60,275 bases of DNA from DHVE2 group archaeon (GTDB taxonomy: Archaea > Thermoplasmatota > Thermoplasmata > Thermoplasmatales > Aciduliprofundaceae), in the NCBI GenBank assembly GCA_015521465.1, contig WAOD01000062.1, positions 1-60,275 of the forward strand, given 5' to 3'. Position 1 is the first letter of the stretch; every line of letters begins with the position of its first letter. The position numbers and the translations under genes were made by a program. Shown here piece by piece: positions 18,365 to 28,170 of this stretch. The notes under the pieces were generated by a model. The model ran no database searches. It was not told the origin of the DNA and saw nothing but the letters and a program-made list of their open reading frames with translations.

Positions 18365-19363
18365 ATGGGTCCGTTAGGTGCGTATGTCATTAAAAGAACA
18401 ATACAACTGGTAATAACGCTCATTGTGATTATGACTATAATATTTGCGCTTCTTGAGGCTTTGCCCGCAAAGCCTTATCAGCTTTTAATGCAATCTCCTG
18501 GTCTTACTCCTCAGCAGAAGGAGGCTATGATTAAGGAGATGGGTTATGATAAATCCGTTTGGCAGAGGTATCTTATTTATATGACTAATATGTTCACGTT
18601 CAATTTTGGTCGCTCTTTTATGACTGGTCAATCGGTAAATTATTTGCTGTTTGGCGGTTATGATGATGTAACACATTCCTACGTGTACGGGCGTTTGTGG
18701 AACACCCTCATTTTGTTTGGTTTGGCTACTATATTGGCGTATCTTATTGGGTATTTCTTAGGAGCAATTGTTGCTTGGAAAAGAGGAAGTTGGCTGGATT
18801 CCGGGACTATTGTTACGAGCCTGATATTCTACAATATGCCTACATTCTGGTTGGGTTTGATTTTCATATATGTATTCGCTTTTGAGTTAGGGTGGTTCCC
18901 GTTACGTGCTAATGCATGGATGCAGTATGGGTACTTTTCCATAGCTTTTGTGAAAGCACTTATTATGCCTTTGACTGTACTGTTGCTTGTAAGTCTTGCA
19001 GGAACCACGCTATTGATGAGAACAAGCATGCTTGATGTGATGGGTGAAGAGTACATAGTTACTGCAAAGGCAAAGGGACTTCCTGAGAAAAGGGTGCTTT
19101 ATAAACATGCAGCCAGAAACGCGTTACTGCCATTGGTTACATCTTTTGTGATAGCACTTGCGTTTACGGTGGCCGGTGGCGTTATTACCGAACAGGTGTT
19201 CACGTATCCTGGTGTTGGTTTGCTCTATATTACTGCTTTGATGCAGCTGGATTTGCCCATTGTATATGCAACACTTTACATAATCACGCTGCTGGTATTG
19301 ATTGGAAACTTTGTGGCTGACTTACTGTATGGTGTACTCGATCCAAGAGTGAGGATTCAGTAA
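18365..19363 (+). CDS. oppB: Peptide ABC transporter permease
   Basis: FNFGRSF, EAA loop EEYIVTAKAKGLPE, HAARNAL, ADLLYGVLDPRVR. Confidence 0.92.
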   Translation: MGPLGAYVIKRTIQLVITLIVIMTIIFALLEALPAKPYQLLMQSPGLTPQQKEAMIKEMGYDKSVWQRYLIYMTNMFTFNFGRSFMTGQSVNYLLFGGYDDVTHSYVYGRLWNTLILFGLATILAYLIGYFLGAIVAWKRGSWLDSGTIVTSLIFYNMPTFWLGLIFIYVFAFELGWFPLRANAWMQYGYFSIAFVKALIMPLTVLLLVSLAGTTLLMRTSMLDVMGEEYIVTAKAKGLPEKRVLYKHAARNALLPLVTSFVIALAFTVAGGVITEQVFTYPGVGLLYITALMQLDLPIVYATLYIITLLVLIGNFVADLLYGVLDPRVRIQ

Positions 19364-19377
19364 GGAGGTGAATTAAT

Positions 19378-21687
19378 ATGAAATCTGTTAGATGGGATGA
19401 AATGAAACGTAGTATGGAAAGGGCTATAAAAACCAATTGGAGTCTGTTTAAACAGAGTAAGTTAGGAGTGGTCGGTTTGGCAATAATCACTTTTTTTATT
19501 ATTATTGCAATATTTGCACCGGTAATTCCATTTACCTATTCCCCAACCTATTTGGCTCCTGCTGGTGATTTGTTTGAGATAGATAATTCTACTAAGACAA
19601 TACCGACACAAGGAAATTGGCATTCTCCTGTATCCGTGCTTACTCCGAGGACATCCTATGGTAAGAATTCTATGATTGCTGGCGTGTTGCTCTATTCCTC
19701 GTCAGGGAAATCATATTTCTACCCTAGGGATTTCTCCAATACTACATTACTTAGATTGAATAATCCTATAAGCAGGGACATACCTGTGGGGATGAAAGAT
19801 ATGGTATATCTAAAGGAAAATACAAAGATTATTGGTATCACTAACAACTCTATGTACATGTATTCTGTTCATTTTTACAGAAATTTAGAAGATGTGGTAC
19901 TTGACAATTTCTTAAAGAATCCCACTGTGGTTCGCTTACCATATCATGTTCAGTATTTCTCTAATGTGTGGGATTACAACGTTACTGTAACTTCCAATAC
20001 TCATGCATTGGTGGCTATAGCTCTTGCAGGTGGGCACAATGTTACAATATTTATGTGGGAGTATCTTGTTGCCAATATGGGGGGGCTTCCTTATGTTGTT
20101 GCTCCTGGTTTGCACTTTGTATATAACTTTACAGTGAATTCTACTATTGAGGCTAATCCCCAAATCAGGTTTGATACTGCAAATCATCATACATGGGTTA
20201 TAGTGCCTACAAAGAGTGCAATTGAAAAGTATAACATTTTGCTGAAATATAAATCAACGGGCGGCGAGGAAAATATAAAGTATGTGGATGGAATCGCAGG
20301 TAAGCAATTGGACTGGAAATATTCTTTAAATGCAGCAGGTGAGCAGTTAGCAGGGAGCCATAGCGTTAGCTTGGTTTATGCACAGGCAGGACAGGGTATA
20401 AAAAGGAGTAGGGATGTAGTGGTAATACTTTGCAAGAACAATTATGCTCTGGGTATATTTGCTAACAATGGAACTTTGGCATGGAACAATACTATTTCCC
20501 TAAATCCCATGGATCCGCGTATTCATGCGTTGAATGTTATTGGTTTGCATGGAACTATAAGAGAATTTACCATGATTTACGGGACAACGAATGTGGGGAG
20601 CTTCGTTGCAAAATTGGATCCATCTACGGGAGTGGTAATGGATAATCGCACTTCATATTTGGTGCTGAAAGGTGATATAAATTACGTATCTCAGTATGAC
20701 CAGGGAGCTAGATCGTATTATGTTAGTACTAAACAGGGATCTATATATGAGATTAGTGAACAGTTTAGAACCGAATTGATGGGTGGTGCAAGAGGAATTG
20801 GTTTGAACAAGTCGTTTATGGTTTTGGGTGGTGCAGCAACTCCTGCTGTTTATCTTGGTACAGTTTTCCCAATGTCTGGCCAAACTGGTACATATATAGG
20901 TGTGGTTACAAAACAGAATACTTTATATCTCCAGGCGTCTGGTGGCTCTCGTATCCCTACTGTGGTCATTCCACCATTTGGACATGGGCGCTATTCTGGT
21001 AATTTCTACCTGTTTGGAACTGATTACGAGGGTCATGATATCTGGACTTGGCTTGTTTACGGCGCAAGGACATCGCTTCTTGTAGGTCTTACCGCTGCAA
21101 TTATTTCTGTGCTGGCGGGTACTTTCATAGGGATAATCTCTGGTTTCTACGGTGGTTGGATTGACATAGTCATTATGAGAACAGTAGATATTATCCTTAC
21201 TTTACCTGGTATTGTCATTATGCTTTTGCTTGCTGCGGTTTTAGGACCTAACATATGGAACATCGTATTGATCATATCAGTGTTGGGTTGGGCAGGAATT
21301 GCAAGAGTTATCCGTGCTGTAACATTATCTTTGAAGAACAGGCCATTCATGGATGCGGCCAGGGTTGCTGGGGCATCCAATGCGAGAATGATAACCGTGC
21401 ATATCTTCCCTAACGTGCTTCCATTGACTTTCCTGTACATGACCTTTGGTGTGGCCGGAGCGATTCTTTCGGAGGCGGCTCTTGCCTTCCTGGGACTTGG
21501 AGATCCTAATTCAATATCCTGGGGTATGATGCTTCAGTATCTAAGGATGTACGCACAGCAGACAAATCCGAACGCGTGGGGATGGCTCGTCATGCCTGGT
21601 GTGTTTATAACTTTGATTAGCCTTTCGTTCTATCTGGTTGGCAGGGCATTTGACGAGATAGTGAATCCGCGCTTGAGGAAGAGGTGA
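19378..21687 (+). CDS. oppC: Peptide ABC transporter permease with ~490-aa extracellular insertion
   Basis: FGTDYEGHDIWTWLVYGARTSL, FMDAARVAGAS, FLGLGDP..SWG, NPRLR; long beta-rich insert after TM1. Confidence 0.9.
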   Translation: MKSVRWDEMKRSMERAIKTNWSLFKQSKLGVVGLAIITFFIIIAIFAPVIPFTYSPTYLAPAGDLFEIDNSTKTIPTQGNWHSPVSVLTPRTSYGKNSMIAGVLLYSSSGKSYFYPRDFSNTTLLRLNNPISRDIPVGMKDMVYLKENTKIIGITNNSMYMYSVHFYRNLEDVVLDNFLKNPTVVRLPYHVQYFSNVWDYNVTVTSNTHALVAIALAGGHNVTIFMWEYLVANMGGLPYVVAPGLHFVYNFTVNSTIEANPQIRFDTANHHTWVIVPTKSAIEKYNILLKYKSTGGEENIKYVDGIAGKQLDWKYSLNAAGEQLAGSHSVSLVYAQAGQGIKRSRDVVVILCKNNYALGIFANNGTLAWNNTISLNPMDPRIHALNVIGLHGTIREFTMIYGTTNVGSFVAKLDPSTGVVMDNRTSYLVLKGDINYVSQYDQGARSYYVSTKQGSIYEISEQFRTELMGGARGIGLNKSFMVLGGAATPAVYLGTVFPMSGQTGTYIGVVTKQNTLYLQASGGSRIPTVVIPPFGHGRYSGNFYLFGTDYEGHDIWTWLVYGARTSLLVGLTAAIISVLAGTFIGIISGFYGGWIDIVIMRTVDIILTLPGIVIMLLLAAVLGPNIWNIVLIISVLGWAGIARVIRAVTLSLKNRPFMDAARVAGASNARMITVHIFPNVLPLTFLYMTFGVAGAILSEAALAFLGLGDPNSISWGMMLQYLRMYAQQTNPNAWGWLVMPGVFITLISLSFYLVGRAFDEIVNPRLRKR

Positions 21688-21692
21688 TAAAA

Positions 21693-22733
21693 ATGGATGA
21701 CAACTTGCTTACTGTAAAGAACCTTTCGGTACACTATAAAATCAGGAACGGGTGGGTTTACGCCGTGGACGACGTTAACTTCACTCTTAAACGCGGTGAA
21801 ACTATGGGCCTGGTAGGTGAATCAGGATGCGGTAAGACCACAACAGGTTATGCTGTTACTCAGCTTCTTGCAGATAACGCCTATTTGAAGAGCAACAGCA
21901 AGGTTGTGTTTGATGGCACAGATTTGATAAAGATAGGTACGTACCCGAGCAAACAATACAAAGGATACCGAAAAATTGATGAATACAATCCAAAAATGCG
22001 CTCTTACAGGTGGAAACGAATTTCTATGATTTTCCAGGGTGCCATGAATGCTTTTAATCCTGTGTACACTGTTGGTGATCAAATAAAGGAAGCTATATTG
22101 CAACACGAGGAACTCACTGATGAGGAAGTTAGAAAGAGAATAGAAATGCTGTTTGATTTGGTGGGCATACCAAAGGATCGTATAGATAATTACCCTCACG
22201 AGTACAGTGGTGGTATGAAACAGAGAGCCATGATTGCCATGTCCCTTGCTCTTAGCCCTGATTTAATAATCGCAGATGAGCCGACAACGGCTCTGGATGT
22301 GGTTACCCAGGACCGTATACTGGGTAAAATCTCTGAGCTTCAAAGAAGGGAGAACGTGGCAATGATACTGATAACACACGATGTTAGCGTGGTTGCAGAG
22401 ATGGCTGAAAAGATGGCAGTTATGTATGCAGGTCATCTTGTTGAAAAGGGAACTGCGAGGGAGATATTCAAGGAGACTGCACATCCTTACACAGAGGCTT
22501 TGCTTAAGGCATTTCCAAGCATAAAGGGGGAAAAGAAGAGGTTAAGGTCAATACCTGGAAGCCCTCCAGATTTGGCAAATCCTCCAAAGGGATGCAGGTT
22601 TGCACCAAGATGCCCTTATGCAAAAGATATATGTCTTGAAAAGGAGCCACCTGTAGTTGAGATATCTCCAGGGCATTTGTCCAAGTGTCATTTCGCAGAA
22701 GAGCTATATGGCGAGTTGAGTGGTGGTGAGTAA
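21693..22733 (+). CDS. oppD: Peptide ABC transporter ATPase
   Basis: GESGCGKTT, YPHEYSGGMKQR, IADEPTTALD, HPYT, GCRFAPRCP. Confidence 0.93.
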   Translation: MDDNLLTVKNLSVHYKIRNGWVYAVDDVNFTLKRGETMGLVGESGCGKTTTGYAVTQLLADNAYLKSNSKVVFDGTDLIKIGTYPSKQYKGYRKIDEYNPKMRSYRWKRISMIFQGAMNAFNPVYTVGDQIKEAILQHEELTDEEVRKRIEMLFDLVGIPKDRIDNYPHEYSGGMKQRAMIAMSLALSPDLIIADEPTTALDVVTQDRILGKISELQRRENVAMILITHDVSVVAEMAEKMAVMYAGHLVEKGTAREIFKETAHPYTEALLKAFPSIKGEKKRLRSIPGSPPDLANPPKGCRFAPRCPYAKDICLEKEPPVVEISPGHLSKCHFAEELYGELSGGE

Positions 22734-22734
22734 G

Positions 22735-23778
22735 ATGGCAGGGTATACTGATGGTAAGGTTATTGTGAAGGTTAGAAATCTCAAAAAATACTTCGACTTG
22801 CATGTGGGTATGTTCAAGTTTTCTGGGGAGCCTCTGTACGTGAAGGCAGTGGATGGTATATCCTTTGACTTACACGAGGGAGAAGTCATTGGTTTGGTGG
22901 GTGAATCTGGATGCGGTAAATCCACAACGGGCAGACTGTTAACGCGTCTCGAGGTCCCTACCAGTGGTTCTGTGCTTTTCGAGGGAAAGGATATTGCAAA
23001 GCTATCTGGAAAAGAGCTCAAGAGCTATCGTAGACACGTGCAGATGATATTTCAGGATCCGTATGAATCTCTGAATCCCAGGTTTACCGTGCAGAAAACT
23101 ATCATGGAACCCCTAATAATACACGGTATCGGTGAGACCTACGATGATAGAGTTGAGATGGTTATAAAAGCTCTGGAAGATGCAGGATTAAGACCTGCCG
23201 AGGAGTACCTTTCAAGATACCCTCACCAGATGAGCGGAGGTCAGAGACAGAGAGTTGCTATTGCAAGGGCTATGGTTCTTAAACCAAAGTTCATAGTTGC
23301 CGATGAGCCTGTATCCATGCTGGATGTATCTATAAGAGCCGGTGTTATGAATTTAATGCTTGATTTGAGAGAGAAGTACAAGATACCATACATCTTCATA
23401 ACCCACGATATTGCGGTTGCGAGGTACATGTCTGATCGTATTGCCGTGATGTACCTTGGCAAGATTGTAGAAATTGGAGAGACCGACGAGGTTATTTTCA
23501 ACCACGTACATCCCTACACCCGCGCTCTTATATCTGCGGTTCCAGTGCCTGACCCGGACCACAAGCATGGTAGGGTTGAGATAAAGGGAGAAATACCGAG
23601 CCCTATAAACTTGCCAAAAGGCTGTCGTTTCTGGCCAAGGTGCCCGTATGCGCAGAAGGGCATTTGCGACAAGAAAGAACCACCTCTTAAAGAGATTTCA
23701 CCGGGACACTTTGTAGCGTGCCACTTTGCAGAGAAGTTCATGGAAGAGGAGCCCACTGAGAAAACGGTGGAGGTATGA
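22735..23778 (+). CDS. oppF: Peptide ABC transporter ATPase
   Basis: GESGCGKST, FQDPYESLNPR, SGGQRQR, ADEPVSMLD, GCRFWPRCP. Confidence 0.93.
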   Translation: MAGYTDGKVIVKVRNLKKYFDLHVGMFKFSGEPLYVKAVDGISFDLHEGEVIGLVGESGCGKSTTGRLLTRLEVPTSGSVLFEGKDIAKLSGKELKSYRRHVQMIFQDPYESLNPRFTVQKTIMEPLIIHGIGETYDDRVEMVIKALEDAGLRPAEEYLSRYPHQMSGGQRQRVAIARAMVLKPKFIVADEPVSMLDVSIRAGVMNLMLDLREKYKIPYIFITHDIAVARYMSDRIAVMYLGKIVEIGETDEVIFNHVHPYTRALISAVPVPDPDHKHGRVEIKGEIPSPINLPKGCRFWPRCPYAQKGICDKKEPPLKEISPGHFVACHFAEKFMEEEPTEKTVEV

Positions 23779-23785
23779 TTTGTAG

Positions 23786-24358
23786 ATGAATAACCTGAGG
23801 CTGATTTTCTATATTTTTATTTTTTTGTCAATTTTCTTATTTGTATCAGGTGCGTATTCAGGTTACTCCCTTGCTAACTTGGAGAAAACGAGAACGGTTT
23901 TAATTAATAGCAATCCTCAGAACGTCAGTTTTCGCGTGTATTTTAATAATACTTCTTATGTACCAAATATAAAATTCACCCTTGTTAATCCTGGGCACAT
24001 GAAATTTACGGTGGAACAAATCACATGGCATGTTTTTTTAGTAAATGGTTCGGTTAAGCATCAGGCGAACAACTACGTGTATTTTTTCTTCAATAATAAG
24101 GTTTTTTTGCCTCCTGGTGGTCATAAGCGCATATCAATTATTGATAATCTTACTACGCATATCTGGCAATCTTATATTCTCTCACAGGTAAGATGGCTAT
24201 CCAAAAAATATGGATGCAATAATGTTACATGGTACACAACCTTGGATATTAGAGGTTTTGTAGGTGATTATAATACTGAACAGTACAGGTACAACGTGAG
24301 AACATGGTACCTGTGGAACTTGCCTGCAGTGGAGCTGTCGTACTATGGATATAGCTGA
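23786..24358 (+). CDS. Hypothetical exported/membrane-anchored protein
   Basis: N-terminal hydrophobic helix, then beta-rich N/Y-rich domain; starts 7 nt after oppF. Confidence 0.65.
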   Translation: MNNLRLIFYIFIFLSIFLFVSGAYSGYSLANLEKTRTVLINSNPQNVSFRVYFNNTSYVPNIKFTLVNPGHMKFTVEQITWHVFLVNGSVKHQANNYVYFFFNNKVFLPPGGHKRISIIDNLTTHIWQSYILSQVRWLSKKYGCNNVTWYTTLDIRGFVGDYNTEQYRYNVRTWYLWNLPAVELSYYGYS

Positions 24359-24776
24359 GAAAATACATGTTTTTTCTCGCATTCTTTTATTTGTCTTACT
24401 TACTACACCCGTATACTCTTATCTAACGTTTTATCTTGTGTACCCTGTTATTTGTGTTTTGCCCGTTGGAGCGTATCCGTATACCTATTTGTTAGACGTT
24501 TTTTATGCAATAGTCATTGGTCTTTTTCTTGGGATATTAATCGAGTCTCTTCAGGAAATATTTTTGGTGATCATTGTCTCTTCCTTCTTAGGATATATTC
24601 TTGCAATAGTTTATCAGGCATTTCCCTATTTTTTGTATGGCTATTCTCTCTATATTAGTGATATCGTTATTATGCGATTTGTAGAATACAGCTGGTTAGT
24701 CTTTATAATTTACCCTATGATGGGAATCATTGGTGGTCTCATAGGAGGATATATACGAGATAAATTGGAAGATTGA
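24345..24776 (+). CDS. Hypothetical 4-TM membrane protein
   Basis: Four hydrophobic segments ending GIIGGLIGG; overlaps the upstream gene. Confidence 0.65.
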   Translation: MDIAEKIHVFSRILLFVLLTTPVYSYLTFYLVYPVICVLPVGAYPYTYLLDVFYAIVIGLFLGILIESLQEIFLVIIVSSFLGYILAIVYQAFPYFLYGYSLYISDIVIMRFVEYSWLVFIIYPMMGIIGGLIGGYIRDKLED

Positions 24777-26072
24777 TTATGGTTTAACCCTCCTTATAGT
24801 CCTCGGATACGGAATTGCGTACTTTATATGCTCCAAGCCTGCAATCCACCATACGAGCCTGTCCACTCCAAGTCCGAATCCCGCGTGAGGTACACTTCCG
24901 TATTTTCTCAGGTCCACGTACCAGTAGTAATCCTCTGGATTGAGGTTTTCCTCTTCAAGTCTTTTAAGCAGCACATCTAACTTGTATATCCTTTCTCCTC
25001 CACCTATAACCTCTCCGTAACCTTCAGGAGCAAGCATATCATGGCAAAGGACTACCTTGGGATTTTCTGGGTCTGGCCTGTGATAGAATGGTTTTATTTC
25101 TATTGGGTAATGTGTTATGAATACCGGCTTGTCAAAATTTTTGGTGATGGCTGATTCCTCATCGGCACCCAGATCATCTCCGTATTTCATGGATACTCCG
25201 TGCTCATTGGCAAAATCTACAAGTTTCTCGTATTTCATTCTTTCAAATGGCTTTTCTATGTTCTCTAACATTTTTGTATCCCTGTTCAGTATTTTTAATT
25301 CTTTTTTTCTGTCTTGAAGTACTTTCTGAACAATTTGAACAGTCATTTCTTCTTCGTCGTCAATCATATCGCTGTTGTGGTACCATGCGGCTTCCGCCTC
25401 AGCATGCCAGTATTCAGTCAGATGCCTCCTTGTTCTGCTTTTTTCTGCTCTAAAACTTGGTGCCACTGTATACACTTTTTCCAGGGAAAATATTAATGTT
25501 TCAAGGTAAAACTGAGAACTCTGGGTCAGGTACGCTTTTCTGTTGAAATATGGGACTTCAAACAGCGTTGAACCACCTTCTACAGCACCTGTTACAAACA
25601 TTGGGCCCTGTGTTTCATAGTATCCTTTTTCTCTAAAGAAATCATGTAACGCTCCGAAAATGGTTGACCTTATTTTGAGTATTGCATTCATCTCCCTGCT
25701 TCTTACCCATAGATGCCTGTTGTCTAAAAGGAACTCATCGCTCTTGTCTTTGGATATGGGAAAATTGAAAGAAGGTCCGACGATCTCTAAATTTTTCGCG
25801 TGTATTTCGTATCCAGTTGGCGCCCTCTCTTCTTTTGCGATGATTCCCGAAATCTTTATTGATGATTCCACCCCAACCTTGTCCAGCTCTTTGAATTTCT
25901 CGTTACCCACCACCTTTTTTTCTACCACACATTGTACAATGTCTGTGGAATCTCTCAAAACTACAAATATGAGCTTTCCAGTTCTTCTCTTTCTGTAAAT
26001 CCACCCTCTTAGCTCCACATCTTTACCAATCCAGTCATCGTTTAATATTTCCTGAACGTGTTTTATTACCAT
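24777..26072 (-). CDS. asnS: Asparagine--tRNA ligase
   Basis: OB fold (LRGW..F.VLRD), YLTQSSQFYLE, FRAEKSRTRRHLTE, GEVIGGGER, YGSVPHAGFGLGVDR. Confidence 0.93.
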   Translation of the reverse strand: MVIKHVQEILNDDWIGKDVELRGWIYRKRRTGKLIFVVLRDSTDIVQCVVEKKVVGNEKFKELDKVGVESSIKISGIIAKEERAPTGYEIHAKNLEIVGPSFNFPISKDKSDEFLLDNRHLWVRSREMNAILKIRSTIFGALHDFFREKGYYETQGPMFVTGAVEGGSTLFEVPYFNRKAYLTQSSQFYLETLIFSLEKVYTVAPSFRAEKSRTRRHLTEYWHAEAEAAWYHNSDMIDDEEEMTVQIVQKVLQDRKKELKILNRDTKMLENIEKPFERMKYEKLVDFANEHGVSMKYGDDLGADEESAITKNFDKPVFITHYPIEIKPFYHRPDPENPKVVLCHDMLAPEGYGEVIGGGERIYKLDVLLKRLEEENLNPEDYYWYVDLRKYGSVPHAGFGLGVDRLVWWIAGLEHIKYAIPYPRTIRRVKP

Positions 26073-26148
26073 ACATCTCCCAATGATATTTCTCTATTTA
26101 TACCTTAGCTGAGCAATGTTTATATTTTGTTAGGTATTACCTAACCGC

Positions 26149-27150
26149 ATGAAATTGCAGGCCATTATTATTGTTTCACTGCTCCTTATTTCTCTGGCAG
26201 GTGCGCAGGCTCATGCTTCTTCCGAGGGAGGTAAGATTAATGTGGTTTCTACTCTACAAACATTTTCCTATATTGTAAAGATGATTGGTGGCTCTTACGT
26301 TCATTCTTCGTATATAGTTCCGCTGGGCACCGACATTCATGATTATTCCCTTACCCCTGCAGATATTGATAAGATAAATTCTGCAAAGTTGGTTGTTTTA
26401 GCTGGAAGCGAGTATTTTTCAATAGATAGAGAAATTAAGAAAAATGCCGAGGGGAAGGTTATTTTAGATATAGATGATTACAACGCTACACTTTTGCCGC
26501 TTGGTACAATGAAGAAAAATTTTCATGGATATTGGTTATATCCTAACAACACTGTAAATATAGCCAGAGCGATATATTTAAAGCTTTCTTCTTTGGATCC
26601 CGCGCATGAGATGTACTATAAAGCAGGATACGTTTCTTTTTTGAATGATTTAAATAAAACTTTGAGTCTTGCAAGAAAAATGGTAATTCACGGGAGTATG
26701 CTTGGGAAAGGCGTTATTTTAGCCGTTCCAGGTGTGTTTTACATAGCAAAAGCACTTGGTTTAGACGTGAAAGGGGTTCTTGTGGAGGGACCAAACCAGT
26801 TTGCATCACAGTCAGAGCTTGACAGCATGCGCAACGATGTTCGCCAGGGCAAGATAAGCTTTATAATAAACGCGGTGAGCATGGAGCATAGTCGGGCTGG
26901 AAGCATTGCTATAGAATTGTCCAGGCAAACTGGTGCAAAGATAGCTTACTTTAAAGTGTTTTCAACGGAAAACTATACATTTTTGCTTTTGGACAGTGCA
27001 GCAGTTATATCTTCTGTTAATTCGATAACTTCTTACAGCGGGACATCTTGTGATTACTTTCCATATGTGTATGTAATAAGCGCACTCATTGCACTTGTTA
27101 TATACATTGCATACCTTGCGGTTTCTTACAGGAGAGAGCTTCTCAGGTGA
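26149..27150 (+). CDS. ZnuA/TroA-type metal-binding protein with C-terminal TM anchor
   Basis: IVPLGTDIHDYSLTPAD, NFHGYWLYP, LSSLDP; signal peptide and C-terminal TM. Confidence 0.8.
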   Translation: MKLQAIIIVSLLLISLAGAQAHASSEGGKINVVSTLQTFSYIVKMIGGSYVHSSYIVPLGTDIHDYSLTPADIDKINSAKLVVLAGSEYFSIDREIKKNAEGKVILDIDDYNATLLPLGTMKKNFHGYWLYPNNTVNIARAIYLKLSSLDPAHEMYYKAGYVSFLNDLNKTLSLARKMVIHGSMLGKGVILAVPGVFYIAKALGLDVKGVLVEGPNQFASQSELDSMRNDVRQGKISFIINAVSMEHSRAGSIAIELSRQTGAKIAYFKVFSTENYTFLLLDSAAVISSVNSITSYSGTSCDYFPYVYVISALIALVIYIAYLAVSYRRELLR

Positions 27151-27183
27151 ATATTCAAGGTTTGTACCAAAACTCATATATTA

Positions 27184-28122
27184 ATGTATATCTTATTTCT
27201 TTTTGTGAAACTCAAAACATTCCTTTTAGTCGTACTATTCGTTTCATCTTTATTCTTTATTTCGTTCAGCCCGGGCTATGGTGAAAATGTCAGAGCCACT
27301 ATTAATTTTGGAAAAGTAAATATTCATTTTTTTTCAACGGGAAACGGTTTTAACCTTACAATTAATGACACGCAGTACGTTGAAATTTATTTTGAGAGGA
27401 TTTTTTTAGGGGACAGTACTTTTCATAACTTTCGTGGATTCTGGTACTCTGATTTGCAGAACATGAATTACACTTATGGTTATTCTTCAAGCAAGTTGAT
27501 GGGAAAGTATTTTTACATACATATGTGGAAAAACGGGACTTTGAAAAGAATAGGTCTCGGAGAGAGGTATAATTTTAAGTTGTTGGTAAATTTTTATGTG
27601 GCAAGTAAGAACTATACCAAAAATGGTATCAGTGTTGGTCGTAACACGATACGCTACGATGTTATTATATCTACAGATAGCCCTGCGAAGTACGTTTATT
27701 TGGAGCATACCTTACATTCAAATTTGCTTGAAAAAGCGTGGACATACTCATCGCATTCAGGACATTGGCATGGGCTGTTGCGTACTTCAAAAATGATGTG
27801 GTTAAATCGTACCCACAAAATGCGTATGGCGTTTGGTAATTATGAAGGTAACCGACATGTTGAGTATATGTGGATAGGTGATAAAGTAAAAGCGCTCTAT
27901 ACTTATTATGATGAGCATGTGAACATATTTTTTGTTTATAACAATACGGGTTTTATCGTTCAGGACCCGTACATAAGCCTCCCTTATCCAATTCTGCCCA
28001 ATGGTACCGCGGAAAAGATTGTTAATTACTTTGCAGAACATGTGGAGTCTATAGCCGTTGGAACGTTGATTGCAGGGGCAATAATACTTGCTCCAGCAAT
28101 CCTTAGAAGAAGAAAATTGTAG
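27184..28122 (+). CDS. Hypothetical exported protein with C-terminal TM and RRRK tail
   Basis: Signal-like N-terminus, IVQDPYI motif, terminal TM. Confidence 0.65.
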   Translation: MYILFLFVKLKTFLLVVLFVSSLFFISFSPGYGENVRATINFGKVNIHFFSTGNGFNLTINDTQYVEIYFERIFLGDSTFHNFRGFWYSDLQNMNYTYGYSSSKLMGKYFYIHMWKNGTLKRIGLGERYNFKLLVNFYVASKNYTKNGISVGRNTIRYDVIISTDSPAKYVYLEHTLHSNLLEKAWTYSSHSGHWHGLLRTSKMMWLNRTHKMRMAFGNYEGNRHVEYMWIGDKVKALYTYYDEHVNIFFVYNNTGFIVQDPYISLPYPILPNGTAEKIVNYFAEHVESIAVGTLIAGAIILAPAILRRRKL

Positions 28123-28170
28123 CTTTGTTAACTACAAAATTTTAAAATGTAATTCATCAATAGCGAGGGT

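Noticed and set aside
24777..26072. Non-discriminating AspRS
   Set aside because: YLTQSSQFYLE, GEVIGGGER and YGSVPHAGFGLG match AsnRS rather than archaeal AspRS.
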